Source of the DNA: a virus
Lineage: Duplodnaviria; Caudoviricetes
DNA length: 29,783 nucleotides
Strand: one strand, 5' to 3'
Virus record (IMG/VR): IMGVR_UViG_3300023116_000223
Coordinates: 1-29,783 of that record
Shown here: positions 1 through 7,701 of the stretch, piece after piece
How positions within the stretch are numbered: position 1 is the stretch's first letter
Layout: every line of letters starts with the position of its first letter
Program-made: the position numbers and the translations under genes
Notes under the pieces: generated by a model
The model's database searches: none
The model's input: the letters and a program-made list of their open reading frames with translations, nothing else
Told to the model about the DNA's origin: nothing

Positions 1-90
1 CTACATCAGGCCAACAGCAGCCTGCATCAAATGACCATCGCAGATTGCAACGCCGGTATTCAACGCGCTTGCACTTACCTGCAGAAGTAA
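1..90 (+). CDS. 3' end of small hypothetical phage protein (partial)
   Basis: Frame 1 is open from the window edge (LHQANSSLHQMTIADCNAGIQRACTYLQK*). It resembles small cyanophage proteins with a 'DCxAGIxxAC' motif, from recall. Confidence 0.55.
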   Translation, partial: LHQANSSLHQMTIADCNAGIQRACTYLQK

Positions 91-224
91 CGGGACAGAG
101 CCACCGCCACCCCCGTAGCAATGGCCTATCCCTACCCGCTGCGACGGGTGCCAAATTTTACTTGCATTCACTGTTCACCCCTGGTAATCTCTCCTCAGCC
201 TTCTGGCTACCACCCCCACAAACA

Positions 225-413
225 ATGACCGAATCGCAAGAGCGGCACACGCTGCTAACCGCGCAACATTTTGGTGGTGCATTTGTCAAAGCACTTGCAC
301 GCGCCGGCCTCGTAGCTGACCTCAGAAACCGCGAACGCATCTTTCAGGCATTCCCTGAAATCCTGGGCCTTTACGGCCCCCGTGGAGACTTCTACAGCGA
401 GGATCTCGGGTGA
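225..413 (+). CDS. hypothetical phage protein
   Basis: ATG at 225 within the 45..413 ORF gives MTESQERHTLLTAQHFGGAFVKALARA... The stop overlaps the next start (GTGA). Confidence 0.7.
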   Translation: MTESQERHTLLTAQHFGGAFVKALARAGLVADLRNRERIFQAFPEILGLYGPRGDFYSEDLG

Positions 414-1195
414 CAATTACTAACGCCGAATACCACGCTGACCCCTCCGTCAGCGCCTCCCATCTCCATGCCGTTGCCGTCAGCCCGGAGAACTACTACC
501 GCAAATATGTTGATCCCCACCGTCCTGCTGTCGAGCCAACTAGCGCAATGCGCTTTGGCACTCTTGCCCATTGTGCAGTTCTCGAACCCGACGAATTGCA
601 CGCCCGATTCGCTGTTTGTCCACCACGCAACACCAAGGCAGGAAAGGAGCGAGCAGCGGAGCTGGAAGCAGCGGGAATCGAAGTTGTTTCATCACTTGAT
701 TGGGCATTGGCAGGAAAGCTCTCAGAAGCAGTCAGGCGCCACCCAATCGCCAGCGAATTGCTCTCCGATGGCAAGGCAGAGCAGTCCTTCTGGTGGACTG
801 ATCTAGACACCGAATTGCGCTGCAAATGCCGGCCTGATTGGATGTGCCGCGATACGGTCATTGATCTCAAGACAACTACCGACGCATCACCAGCAGGCTT
901 TGCACGATCGGTAGCCAAGTTCCGCTACCACGTCCAACAGGCGCATTACATGGCCGGCACCTTCGCTACCCGGTTTGTCTTTATCGCCGTTGAGAAAACC
1001 TTTCCCTACAGCATCGGGGTTTACGAACTAGACGACGATGCATTGGCCGAAGGTCAGCGCCTAGCTGATCGTGACCTGCGCCGAATCAAGCGCTGCAGGG
1101 AAAACGACAACTGGCCTGGCTACAGCGCCGAAATCACCTCGCTCAGCCTTCCTGCCTGGGCCTACGACACCAGCACCATTGCAGAGGATTTCTGA
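410..1195 (+). CDS. RecE/exonuclease VIII-like PD-(D/E)XK nuclease (DUF3799-like)
   Basis: Motifs include EYHADPSVSASHL, FGTLAHCAVLEP, EQSFWW, CKCRPDW, VIDLKTT, YHVQQAHY and FVFIAVEK. Confidence 0.9.
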   Translation: MTITNAEYHADPSVSASHLHAVAVSPENYYRKYVDPHRPAVEPTSAMRFGTLAHCAVLEPDELHARFAVCPPRNTKAGKERAAELEAAGIEVVSSLDWALAGKLSEAVRRHPIASELLSDGKAEQSFWWTDLDTELRCKCRPDWMCRDTVIDLKTTTDASPAGFARSVAKFRYHVQQAHYMAGTFATRFVFIAVEKTFPYSIGVYELDDDALAEGQRLADRDLRRIKRCRENDNWPGYSAEITSLSLPAWAYDTSTIAEDF

Positions 1196-2031
1196 TGACC
1201 ACCCCCAATTTCGAAGTTGTGCAGATGACGCCCGAATGGGCGCAACACCTGCTGGCCAATCAAAACGGCCATAACCGCAAAATGAAGCCCCGTCAGGTCA
1301 GGCACCTAACGGAATCAATCAAGCGGGGTGAATGGAAGCTGACCAGCCAAGGCATCGCCATCGGCAACAACGGCCAGCTGCTAGATGGTCAACATCGTTT
1401 AGCTGCCATCCGTGATGCAGGCCATGCCGTGCCGGTGCTGCTTGCCACTGACTGCGATCCGTCCATCTTCACCGTGATTGACACGGGCTCGAAGCGGTCT
1501 ACAGGCGACACCCTTTATCTGCTGGGTGCACCGCAACACAACCAAGCCGCTGCTGCCATCCGCCTGATCATGCTGGCCAAACAGCACAAAACAGGTAGCT
1601 GGGCAAATGCCAAAATGGTTTTCAGCAATGATCAAATACAGCAGTATTACTTACAGGATCAGTTGCGCATAGATACTTATGTGCGCCTGGTTTACAACTC
1701 GGTGAAAAATTTCAAGATGATCAATCGCGGTGCATTGACCGCGTTCTGCATCTTGGCTTTAGATAAAGAACACTACCCAGCAACAGTTGAAGATTTCGTC
1801 AAGGCGTTGACCACTGGCGCCAACCTGCCATCTGATAGCTCCGTTCTGGCCTTCAGAAATGCAATCGTAAACCGCACGATCTTTGCCCAGCGCGGTGGCT
1901 CAAGTGTCCAGCAGCTTTGGATTTCTTGCCTTACCAAGTGCTTCAATGATTGGTATTTGGAGCGCAGCCTGAAGGTGTTCAAAGCGCCCAAACAAATGCC
2001 CGAAATTGCCCACAACGTATTCCCCGCATGA
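1195..2031 (+). CDS. ParB/Srx-like N-terminal domain (DGQHR) protein
   Basis: Contains NRKMK...GEW...QGIAI...LLDGQHRLAAI...IDTGSKRS. It is translationally coupled at both ends (TGATG, ATGA). Confidence 0.75.
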   Translation: MTTPNFEVVQMTPEWAQHLLANQNGHNRKMKPRQVRHLTESIKRGEWKLTSQGIAIGNNGQLLDGQHRLAAIRDAGHAVPVLLATDCDPSIFTVIDTGSKRSTGDTLYLLGAPQHNQAAAAIRLIMLAKQHKTGSWANAKMVFSNDQIQQYYLQDQLRIDTYVRLVYNSVKNFKMINRGALTAFCILALDKEHYPATVEDFVKALTTGANLPSDSSVLAFRNAIVNRTIFAQRGGSSVQQLWISCLTKCFNDWYLERSLKVFKAPKQMPEIAHNVFPA

Positions 2032-2702
2032 CCATCCCTAACCTCTCCGGCGTCATCACCCTTGACGACGTACACAAGAAAGGCACGGGCAGCTTTCAAG
2101 CGTCTTACGTTGCCTGGTCTAAAACTGCCCAGCTGCTTCACCAGCACGCGCCTGGGTTTGACTATCACCTGCGGCCTAATGCAGATGGTGAGCTGATCCA
2201 CAAGGCGCCTGATGGCACTGGCTTTGTCGTCGGCTATTTCACTGGCCCTGATGGCATCGTCACCGCTGATTTCCCTTTTCCTTGTATGGACCATCGGAAT
2301 AATCCGATTGCCTATGACAAGATCAGCGCACGGGTTCTGACCGATTCACACCGCCGCTCTTTGGCTGCCTGCGCTTGCTTTGCATTCTCCCTGGCCCATG
2401 AGCTTTGGAGCAAGGAAGAGGTGCAGAGTGCTGCCAATGAAACCATGCCATCTGGTGATGCTCCGGCTGCTCAACCAAGCAAGCAAAAGCCAGCAGTGCA
2501 GCAAAGCCAACCGCAATCTGCAGTGCTAGGCAAAACAGCTATCGCCGGCCTGAAAGTTATTCGTGGCACCTCTTCACTCAAAGAGTTGAAAGACGTTGGC
2601 GCACGGCTAACTGATCGGCACAAAAAAGGCGACTTGAACGACACCGAACACCAAGAGTTGATGCAGGCTCTGCTTGAAAAAGAAACCCAGCTGGCTAAAT
2701 GA
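2028..2702 (+). CDS. single-strand annealing protein, Sak3/DUF1071 (Rad52-like)
   Basis: ATG 2028 overlaps the upstream stop. Motifs DVHKKG...SYVAWS, FPCMDHRNNPI and DSHRRSLAAC, plus its position between an exonuclease and SSB, support the call. Confidence 0.7.
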   Translation: MTIPNLSGVITLDDVHKKGTGSFQASYVAWSKTAQLLHQHAPGFDYHLRPNADGELIHKAPDGTGFVVGYFTGPDGIVTADFPFPCMDHRNNPIAYDKISARVLTDSHRRSLAACACFAFSLAHELWSKEEVQSAANETMPSGDAPAAQPSKQKPAVQQSQPQSAVLGKTAIAGLKVIRGTSSLKELKDVGARLTDRHKKGDLNDTEHQELMQALLEKETQLAK

Positions 2703-2932
2703 TTGACGACACAAAACCCTATTTGACAACAGCACAATTAGCGCATCGCTACGGCCTTAGCCCGGCTACAGTTCGTGGCTGGCGCAAAAGCACCAACAAA
2801 GGCAACCCACAAGGGCCAAAGTGGGAAATGCTGCCAAAGATCGGCGTAGCAGCCGGCCAGCCTCGCGTTCGCTATTACCTGGCCGACGTGCTGGCATTTG
2901 AAGAGGCCAAGTCCATCACCCCCATTAACTGA
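2699..2932 (+). CDS. AlpA/excisionase-like winged-HTH DNA-binding protein
   Basis: YLTTAQLAHRYGLSPATVRGWR...GPKW...RVRYYLADVLAFE. Confidence 0.8.
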   Translation: MIDDTKPYLTTAQLAHRYGLSPATVRGWRKSTNKGNPQGPKWEMLPKIGVAAGQPRVRYYLADVLAFEEAKSITPIN

Positions 2933-2933
2933 A

Positions 2934-3245
2934 ATGCTGAACATCACAGCCCATGGCCGCCTCGGTCGGGATCCAGAACTTAAAACCATCGGAGATGATC
3001 AGGTCGCCCGATTCTCTATCGGGTGCAACACCAGCAAAGAGGAAACCACCTGGGTCAATTGCACCGTTTGGGGTCGTCGCGCTGATGTGGTCATGCGTTT
3101 TCTCACCAAGGGTGCTGCGGTCACCATCGCTGGCAGAGGAAAGCTGAGCACCTACACAAAGAAAGATGGCACCCAAGGCACCACGCTTGAGGTAAGCGTG
3201 TCAGATTTCACCCTGCCCCCTCGTGAAGAGAAGGAACCCTTCTGA
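2934..3245 (+). CDS. ssb: single-stranded DNA-binding protein
   Basis: OB-fold SSB motifs GRLGRDPELK, TTWVNCTVWGRRA and KGAAVTIAGR, with an acidic C-terminal ...EKEPF tip. Start taken as ATG 2934. Confidence 0.93.
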   Translation: MLNITAHGRLGRDPELKTIGDDQVARFSIGCNTSKEETTWVNCTVWGRRADVVMRFLTKGAAVTIAGRGKLSTYTKKDGTQGTTLEVSVSDFTLPPREEKEPF

Positions 3246-3397
3246 TGGTTGATCACGTTGAAGAGCTAAAGCGGCAAGAGCGCCTAGAGCGTCTTTATGT
3301 CGAAGATGGCCGCGACAATCCCGAACACCCGTTTCATGCGTTATACACAGGGCTGCATCAACAGACCTTGAACGATGATGACCGAAGCGGATCTTGA
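3245..3397 (+). CDS. small hypothetical phage protein (50 aa)
   Basis: Translated by hand: MVDHVEELKRQERLERLYVEDGRDNPEHPFHALYTGLHQQ... It overlaps ssb by TGATG and is below the ORF-track cutoff. Confidence 0.7.
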   Translation: MVDHVEELKRQERLERLYVEDGRDNPEHPFHALYTGLHQQTLNDDDRSGS

Positions 3398-3554
3398 GGC
3401 CCTGTTTCGTAAATGGTGGGAGGAGTCTTACCCCTTCGCTCCACCTAACAAACAGAGCGTTAGCAGCCATGTGGCATTCGCTGCTTGGTTGCTGCGCTGC
3501 GAAGCCGTTCTGAACGTTGGCGATCCTGACGACAAGCCAGGTTGCACGATCTAA
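3375..3554 (+). CDS. small hypothetical phage protein (59 aa)
   Basis: Translated by hand: MMTEADLEALFRKWWEESYPFAPPNKQSVSSHVAFAAWLL... It fills the operon gap. Confidence 0.7.
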   Translation: MMTEADLEALFRKWWEESYPFAPPNKQSVSSHVAFAAWLLRCEAVLNVGDPDDKPGCTI

Positions 3555-3655
3555 GAGGGTGGCAGGTGGGGGGCTTGCCGGAGCAGTCCCCCCCTCACCG
3601 TCGCCTGCCGTCGGCGGACGCTTAGAGATTCCTCAAAAATGGTTTGCCGGAGCAA
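3550..3655 (+). ncRNA. candidate structured cis-regulatory RNA
   Basis: Nested GC-rich stems, a possible pseudoknot, and two copies of the TTGCCGGAGCA hairpin in the intergenic gap (see findings). Confidence 0.45.
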
Positions 3656-3663
3656 TTTAGCGA

Positions 3664-3873
3664 ATGCCTTTTGACATGGTGGCCAATCCACCGCATTACA
3701 ACCAAGGCCACATCGAATGCATCGACGCCTTAGAAGCAGCCCTAGGCCCTGATGGCTTCAAAGCCTTTTGCCGTGGCAATGCCATTAAATACCTCTGGCG
3801 GGCTGACTTGAAAAATGGCGCAGAGGATTACCGCAAAGCGGCTTGGTATGTCGATCGTTTGATTTCTTCCTGA
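3664..3873 (+). CDS. DUF3310 protein (T7 gp1.7 nucleotide-kinase-like)
   Basis: DMVANPPHYNQGHIECIDA...FCRGNAIKYLWRA..KNGAEDYRKAAWY. Confidence 0.88.
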   Translation: MPFDMVANPPHYNQGHIECIDALEAALGPDGFKAFCRGNAIKYLWRADLKNGAEDYRKAAWYVDRLISS

Positions 3874-3906
3874 TCCCTGCTACGTTACCCCCGGTCAATT
3901 CTTTTC

Positions 3907-4806
3907 ATGGCTACCGATTCGCTCTCTGAATACCTCAACGCAATCGGTCGTTACCCCCTGCTTTCTGCTGAGCAGGAAATTCAGCTCTCACGCCAGATTC
4001 AGCGCTGCCTAGAGCTAAAGCAAAAGGAAGGTGAGCTGACCAGCAAAGAGCGCCGCGAAATCAAGATTGGCGAACGGGCAAAAGAAAAGATGATTAAGTG
4101 CAATCTGCGCTTAGTCGTCAACGTCGCCAAAAAGTACATCCCCAAGCTGCAAGGCGGCGGCATGGATTTAATCGACCTGATCCAAGAGGGGAACGTCGGT
4201 CTAAATCGTGCTGCTGAAAAGTACGACGGCGCCAAGGGGTACAAGTTCTCTACTTATGCCTTCTGGTGGATCAGGCAAGGCATCACGCGAGCACTGGCCA
4301 CCCAGGCCCGTTTGATTAAGGTGCCGCAGGACATGCTCAATTTCGTAGGCAAAGCCTTTGAGGTAGAGCGGAACTACGTTCAGGAGCATGGCAAGCCGCC
4401 AAGCATTGAATACATCGCCAATACCCTTGGCGTCAGCGTTGACCGCTTGCGGATGGCCTTAGAGCGCAGCATCCCGCATCGCAGCCTTGATCAGATGATG
4501 CTGGAAGACGGCAAGACGCTAATTGACCTGATTCCTGATACCAGCACCGAAGAGGAAGACTACACCCAAGTAGAGAAGACTGAGCGTAGCGAGCAACTCA
4601 ACCTGGCCTTTTTTCGACTAGAGGAACTCGATAGGGATATTGTCATTAAACACTATGGCATCAATCAGCCACGGCCAATGACGCTAGATGAGATTGCCAA
4701 AAGCCATAGCCTCTGCCGTCAATCAGTTGGCGTGCGCAAGCAAAAGGCAATGAAGATTCTGCGGCTGACAATGGCGCAACGATTAAAAGAGCCCGCATTT
4801 CACTAG
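3907..4806 (+). CDS. RpoD/SigA-family (cyanobacterial group 2-like) RNA polymerase sigma-70 factor
   Basis: Region 1.2 (YLNAIGRYPLLSAEQEIQL), region 2 (NLRLVVNVAKKY, DLIQEGNVGL, KGYKFSTYAFWWIRQGITRA) and a region 4 HTH. Confidence 0.95.
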   Translation: MATDSLSEYLNAIGRYPLLSAEQEIQLSRQIQRCLELKQKEGELTSKERREIKIGERAKEKMIKCNLRLVVNVAKKYIPKLQGGGMDLIDLIQEGNVGLNRAAEKYDGAKGYKFSTYAFWWIRQGITRALATQARLIKVPQDMLNFVGKAFEVERNYVQEHGKPPSIEYIANTLGVSVDRLRMALERSIPHRSLDQMMLEDGKTLIDLIPDTSTEEEDYTQVEKTERSEQLNLAFFRLEELDRDIVIKHYGINQPRPMTLDEIAKSHSLCRQSVGVRKQKAMKILRLTMAQRLKEPAFH

Positions 4807-5055
4807 GAGCTGATGCCACCAGCTAGGCGACTGATTCTCAGAGTCGGCCAGAATAGCTTTTAACTCGATTTCATTGATATAAAATGCCGCCTGCTTAATC
4901 AGCTTCTGCTGGTAGGCATTTTGTTTCATCAGAGTGGCACACAATTTTGTGACCTCTTCGGCTTTAGTCTGTTGCAGAATCGTTCGCGCTTGTGATTCAA
5001 TCCTAAATTCTTCTTCTTCGGTTAGGTTTACAACCATCCACTGCCCCCAGGACAT
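4783..5055 (-). CDS. hypothetical phage protein (helical/coiled-coil)
   Basis: 90-aa ORF (WMVVNLTEEEEFRIE...) preceded by a TAGCCT -10-like hexamer. Confidence 0.7.
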   Translation of the reverse strand: MSWGQWMVVNLTEEEEFRIESQARTILQQTKAEEVTKLCATLMKQNAYQQKLIKQAAFYINEIELKAILADSENQSPSWWHQLLVKCGLF

Positions 5056-5086
5056 GACTAACTGGCAGAGTTTTAAGGCTAGCTGT

Positions 5087-5257
5087 ATGGAACCGCCAAG
5101 GCTTGAAAAGATTATGACGGCTGAAGGTATCGTCTACAGAATCACTTATGCCGGCATGGTTAAAGAACACAAGCAGGATTGGCAAGCAGAGTGGCACTAC
5201 CGCCAAGCCTGCGACATGTATGTTCAGAACCTAGCCACGAGACGCGGTAACGGTTGA
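5087..5257 (+). CDS. small hypothetical phage protein
   Basis: MEPPRLEKIMTAEGIVYRITYAGMVKEHKQDWQAEWHY... ATG 5087 was chosen to avoid overlap with the divergent gene. Confidence 0.6.
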   Translation: MEPPRLEKIMTAEGIVYRITYAGMVKEHKQDWQAEWHYRQACDMYVQNLATRRGNG

Positions 5258-5746
5258 GTCGTTGTTGTAGCGGCCAGTAATGGCGTAGGTGCGATCAGGA
5301 ATGGTCTCTAGGCGATGGAAGACCATTTGGCCAATCTTCATGCCAGGCCACAGGCCAATATTGAAAAAGCGGCGGCTGTTGTGCAGCTCTAGGGTCAAAA
5401 CGGAACCGTGCCAGCCAGGATCGCAGTAACCCGCCAGCAGGTGTTCTAGGCCGCTTCTAGCGCGAGACGACTTGAGCACAAACTGTGCCGCCACATCATC
5501 AGGCAGGCAGAAGGTTTCCAGCGTTTCGCCCAGCACAAACTCCCCAGGCGCCAGCAGGTACGGATCCTCTTGGCTGTGATGCGAAATATCGACTAACTGC
5601 AGATCGCTGGTGTGTTCTACCTCCACCATCAGGCGGGGACCTAAGACCACATCTAGAGAGGCAGGATTCTGCAGATCGCTGTTGTATGGAAGAACCATCG
5701 CCTGCTCTTCGCACAGACGGCGGATCTCGTGATCAGGCAGAATCAT
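5231..5746 (-). CDS. dcd: dCTP deaminase (trimeric dUTPase superfamily)
   Basis: NPASLDVVLG, PGEFVLGETLE, KSSRARSGL, AGYCDPGWHG.LTLEL and PGMKIGQMVF. Confidence 0.93.
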   Translation of the reverse strand: MILPDHEIRRLCEEQAMVLPYNSDLQNPASLDVVLGPRLMVEVEHTSDLQLVDISHHSQEDPYLLAPGEFVLGETLETFCLPDDVAAQFVLKSSRARSGLEHLLAGYCDPGWHGSVLTLELHNSRRFFNIGLWPGMKIGQMVFHRLETIPDRTYAITGRYNNDSTVTASRG

Positions 5747-5770
5747 GCAGCTAATTTGGCTCGGCGTAGT

Positions 5771-6478
5771 TTACAACGAAAGGTCATCAATGACCATTGC
5801 CCAGCCGTTACCTGGGCCTTCTACTTCCCAGCGGTGCAAAAAGTCTTCCCAGTCATACCTGACGGCAAAACCATTTGAGTCAAGCAGCTTGCCGGTGGCC
5901 ATGTCATACTTGCCACGCGGATCATGCAGCACAAAATACTCCCCTTCTTTCATCCCTATTATTAGCGCCCAATGCCCAAAACCTTCTGCTGGTCTGCCGT
6001 CTGCGATATTGCCTTTATGCAAAAAGCCGACTGCTACAGGCCGCTGCGCTCGCACCTCTTCAATCAATAAATCAGCGGTGCCATTGGTCACAAATTCAAC
6101 CTTGGCGCCAAGCTCTGACATGGCCTTAAGGTGGCTGTCCACCTCTTCAGTGGGGCCATATTTCATGCGTACTTTGTAATACTCATACTGATCTGTTACC
6201 AGCGCAAACGTGCCGGCCAGCATCGCCATGGTTGACGTGAAGCATTGATTCTCCCCAGAGGGGAGGTCTAGCTGGTGGTAATACGGTGCATAGGCAAATT
6301 CATCCGTGCTTTTGCCTGCAGCCTTCCATATTTGGAACCACTCAGCATCGTGGCTGAGCAGCTCCGGTGGCATATCCTCTGCCAGTTGTTGAATCGCAGC
6401 ACGTTGGTGCGGCTGCCCTGAGAAGCGGTCGAAAAACTGATTGAGTTGCAGCATCGAAGCGGCCAACCAATCAAGCAT
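5771..6478 (-). CDS. C39-like cysteine peptidase, putative endolysin
   Basis: Putative Cys-His-Asp triad: YYHQLD..NQCFTS, GHWALIIG and LHDPRG. It has an N-terminal 'FF..PHQRAAIQQL' module and follows small membrane genes. The start may be 6454. Confidence 0.7.
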   Translation of the reverse strand: MLDWLAASMLQLNQFFDRFSGQPHQRAAIQQLAEDMPPELLSHDAEWFQIWKAAGKSTDEFAYAPYYHQLDLPSGENQCFTSTMAMLAGTFALVTDQYEYYKVRMKYGPTEEVDSHLKAMSELGAKVEFVTNGTADLLIEEVRAQRPVAVGFLHKGNIADGRPAEGFGHWALIIGMKEGEYFVLHDPRGKYDMATGKLLDSNGFAVRYDWEDFLHRWEVEGPGNGWAMVIDDLSL

Positions 6479-6656
6479 CTGCTACGGGTTTGCCACTAGG
6501 AAACAAGTTAGCTTCGATGAAATCAACCATTCGATCGTCAACGGTGTTATCGGTCTTGGTGGCCAGCTTGCGCAGCATGTCGATGACAAGCTCTTTAACA
6601 GCGTTCGACTGCAGGAACTTGAAGAGGATGGGGCGAACCAGAAGCAGCATGACCAT
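6471..6656 (-). CDS. small protein, putative holin-like
   Basis: Hydrophobic N-terminus followed by KLATKTDNTVDD; directly upstream of the peptidase. Confidence 0.55.
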   Translation of the reverse strand: MVMLLLVRPILFKFLQSNAVKELVIDMLRKLATKTDNTVDDRMVDFIEANLFPSGKPVADA

Positions 6657-6674
6657 CTAAAAGCTGGGCGAAGT

Positions 6675-6932
6675 CTAGGAATGTTTCTGTGATCCTTCCA
6701 GTCTTGCTACCGCTGCTTCAAGATCTCTCAACCTTGCGAACACCTCTGCATCGCGCAATTTGATGTCTTTGTGCAGTACGTCTAGTCGGTGAACCATGTT
6801 GTCTACCGACGTTGTAAGCCGCACTACAGCGTCTCGGTTTTCGTTGAATCGTTTGCCGTAGCTGGTCAGGCTCATGGCCGCTACCGTTACCGAAGCCCCA
6901 GCTAGCGCACCAACAACCTCAACCACAATCAC
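6675..6932 (-). CDS. membrane-anchored coiled-coil protein (lysis-region gene)
   Basis: N-terminal hydrophobic helix (VVGALAGASVTVAAM) followed by heptad-like LRDLEAAVARLEG. Confidence 0.65.
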   Translation of the reverse strand: MIVVEVVGALAGASVTVAAMSLTSYGKRFNENRDAVVRLTTSVDNMVHRLDVLHKDIKLRDAEVFARLRDLEAAVARLEGSQKHS

Positions 6933-6949
6933 AAAGCACTCTCTACATC

Positions 6950-7201
6950 ATGGCGACAGAGGAAAAGCAAGAACAGGAACACAACTCACGCCTTGGCGAT
7001 GTCGTCAAAATCGTTCTGCTGGGCTGGGCGATGGCCATTCTTACTGCTAATTACCTTGGCGTTTTTAAGCAATCGCTAGACCCCACTTATCCCGCGTCAA
7101 TCCTTAGCGGTACTGCAGCCAGCTTTGGCCTGTCAGTCGGTAGCAACCGCAAGAAAAAAGAAGAGCCTAAAGTTCAAGGCAAAGCCACTCCCGAAAAATG
7201 A
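6950..7201 (+). CDS. two-TM membrane protein
   Basis: Acidic N-terminus, two hydrophobic segments flanking LDPTYPAS, and a basic C-terminus. Confidence 0.75.
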   Translation: MATEEKQEQEHNSRLGDVVKIVLLGWAMAILTANYLGVFKQSLDPTYPASILSGTAASFGLSVGSNRKKKEEPKVQGKATPEK

Positions 7202-7701
7202 AAAAGTTTCTCGCTTTAGCTGTGGTTTTGGCATCAGCCCCTGCGCAAGCTGACATAAGCCATAAAATCCAATCCAGCGTCCAATTAACAGTCGATGGAG
7301 CCGCAAGCGCCGCAACCCGAGTGCCCACTGTCTACTCAGTCACAGGTTCGGGAGCTTCCACTACTGATGGAACAACTACTGGCGCTCTTGGCGGTTTTGG
7401 CGCTGTTACTAACGGTGTCCCTGCTGTCACCACCATCAGTGCAACTCAAGCCACCAGCGGCGATGCCTTCTCGTTCTCTACCAGCTACATAGAAGGCGAC
7501 AGCACTAGCGCAACGGGCAGCACTGTTACCAGCGGTGTGGTTGGCAGCCTGCCGCTCTTTGGTGACACCACTACCACCTCAGGCGGTGTTGCAGGATCCT
7601 TGGCCGGCACCATTGATAGCCAACACGGTGTCACCATTACCGCTGGCGGTGCAGGTACTACCGCAACCGGCCAAATGGTCACTGAGCTAACGATTCGATG
7701 A
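7198..7701 (+). CDS. secreted Gly/Thr/Ser-rich beta protein
   Basis: Sec signal MKKFLALAVVLASAPAQA^D; ATGA overlaps at both ends. Confidence 0.8.
   Translation: MKKFLALAVVLASAPAQADISHKIQSSVQLTVDGAASAATRVPTVYSVTGSGASTTDGTTTGALGGFGAVTNGVPAVTTISATQATSGDAFSFSTSYIEGDSTSATGSTVTSGVVGSLPLFGDTTTTSGGVAGSLAGTIDSQHGVTITAGGAGTTATGQMVTELTIR

Noticed and set aside
45-224. N-terminal ORF-track extensions (45, also 1950, 2898, 4934, 9823, 10218)
   Set aside because: They overlap neighbouring genes or intergenic signals, and downstream ATGs give coupled starts or proper signal peptides.
2699-2932. Evidence of lysogeny from an excisionase-like HTH
   Set aside because: No integrase, repressor or att site is seen in this window, so lifestyle cannot be determined.
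3558-3670. HDV/theta-like ribozyme suggested by GCGAATG near 3660
   Set aside because: I could not place P2/P3/L3 between the P1 strands; only ~9 nt are available. Kept only as a generic structured RNA candidate.
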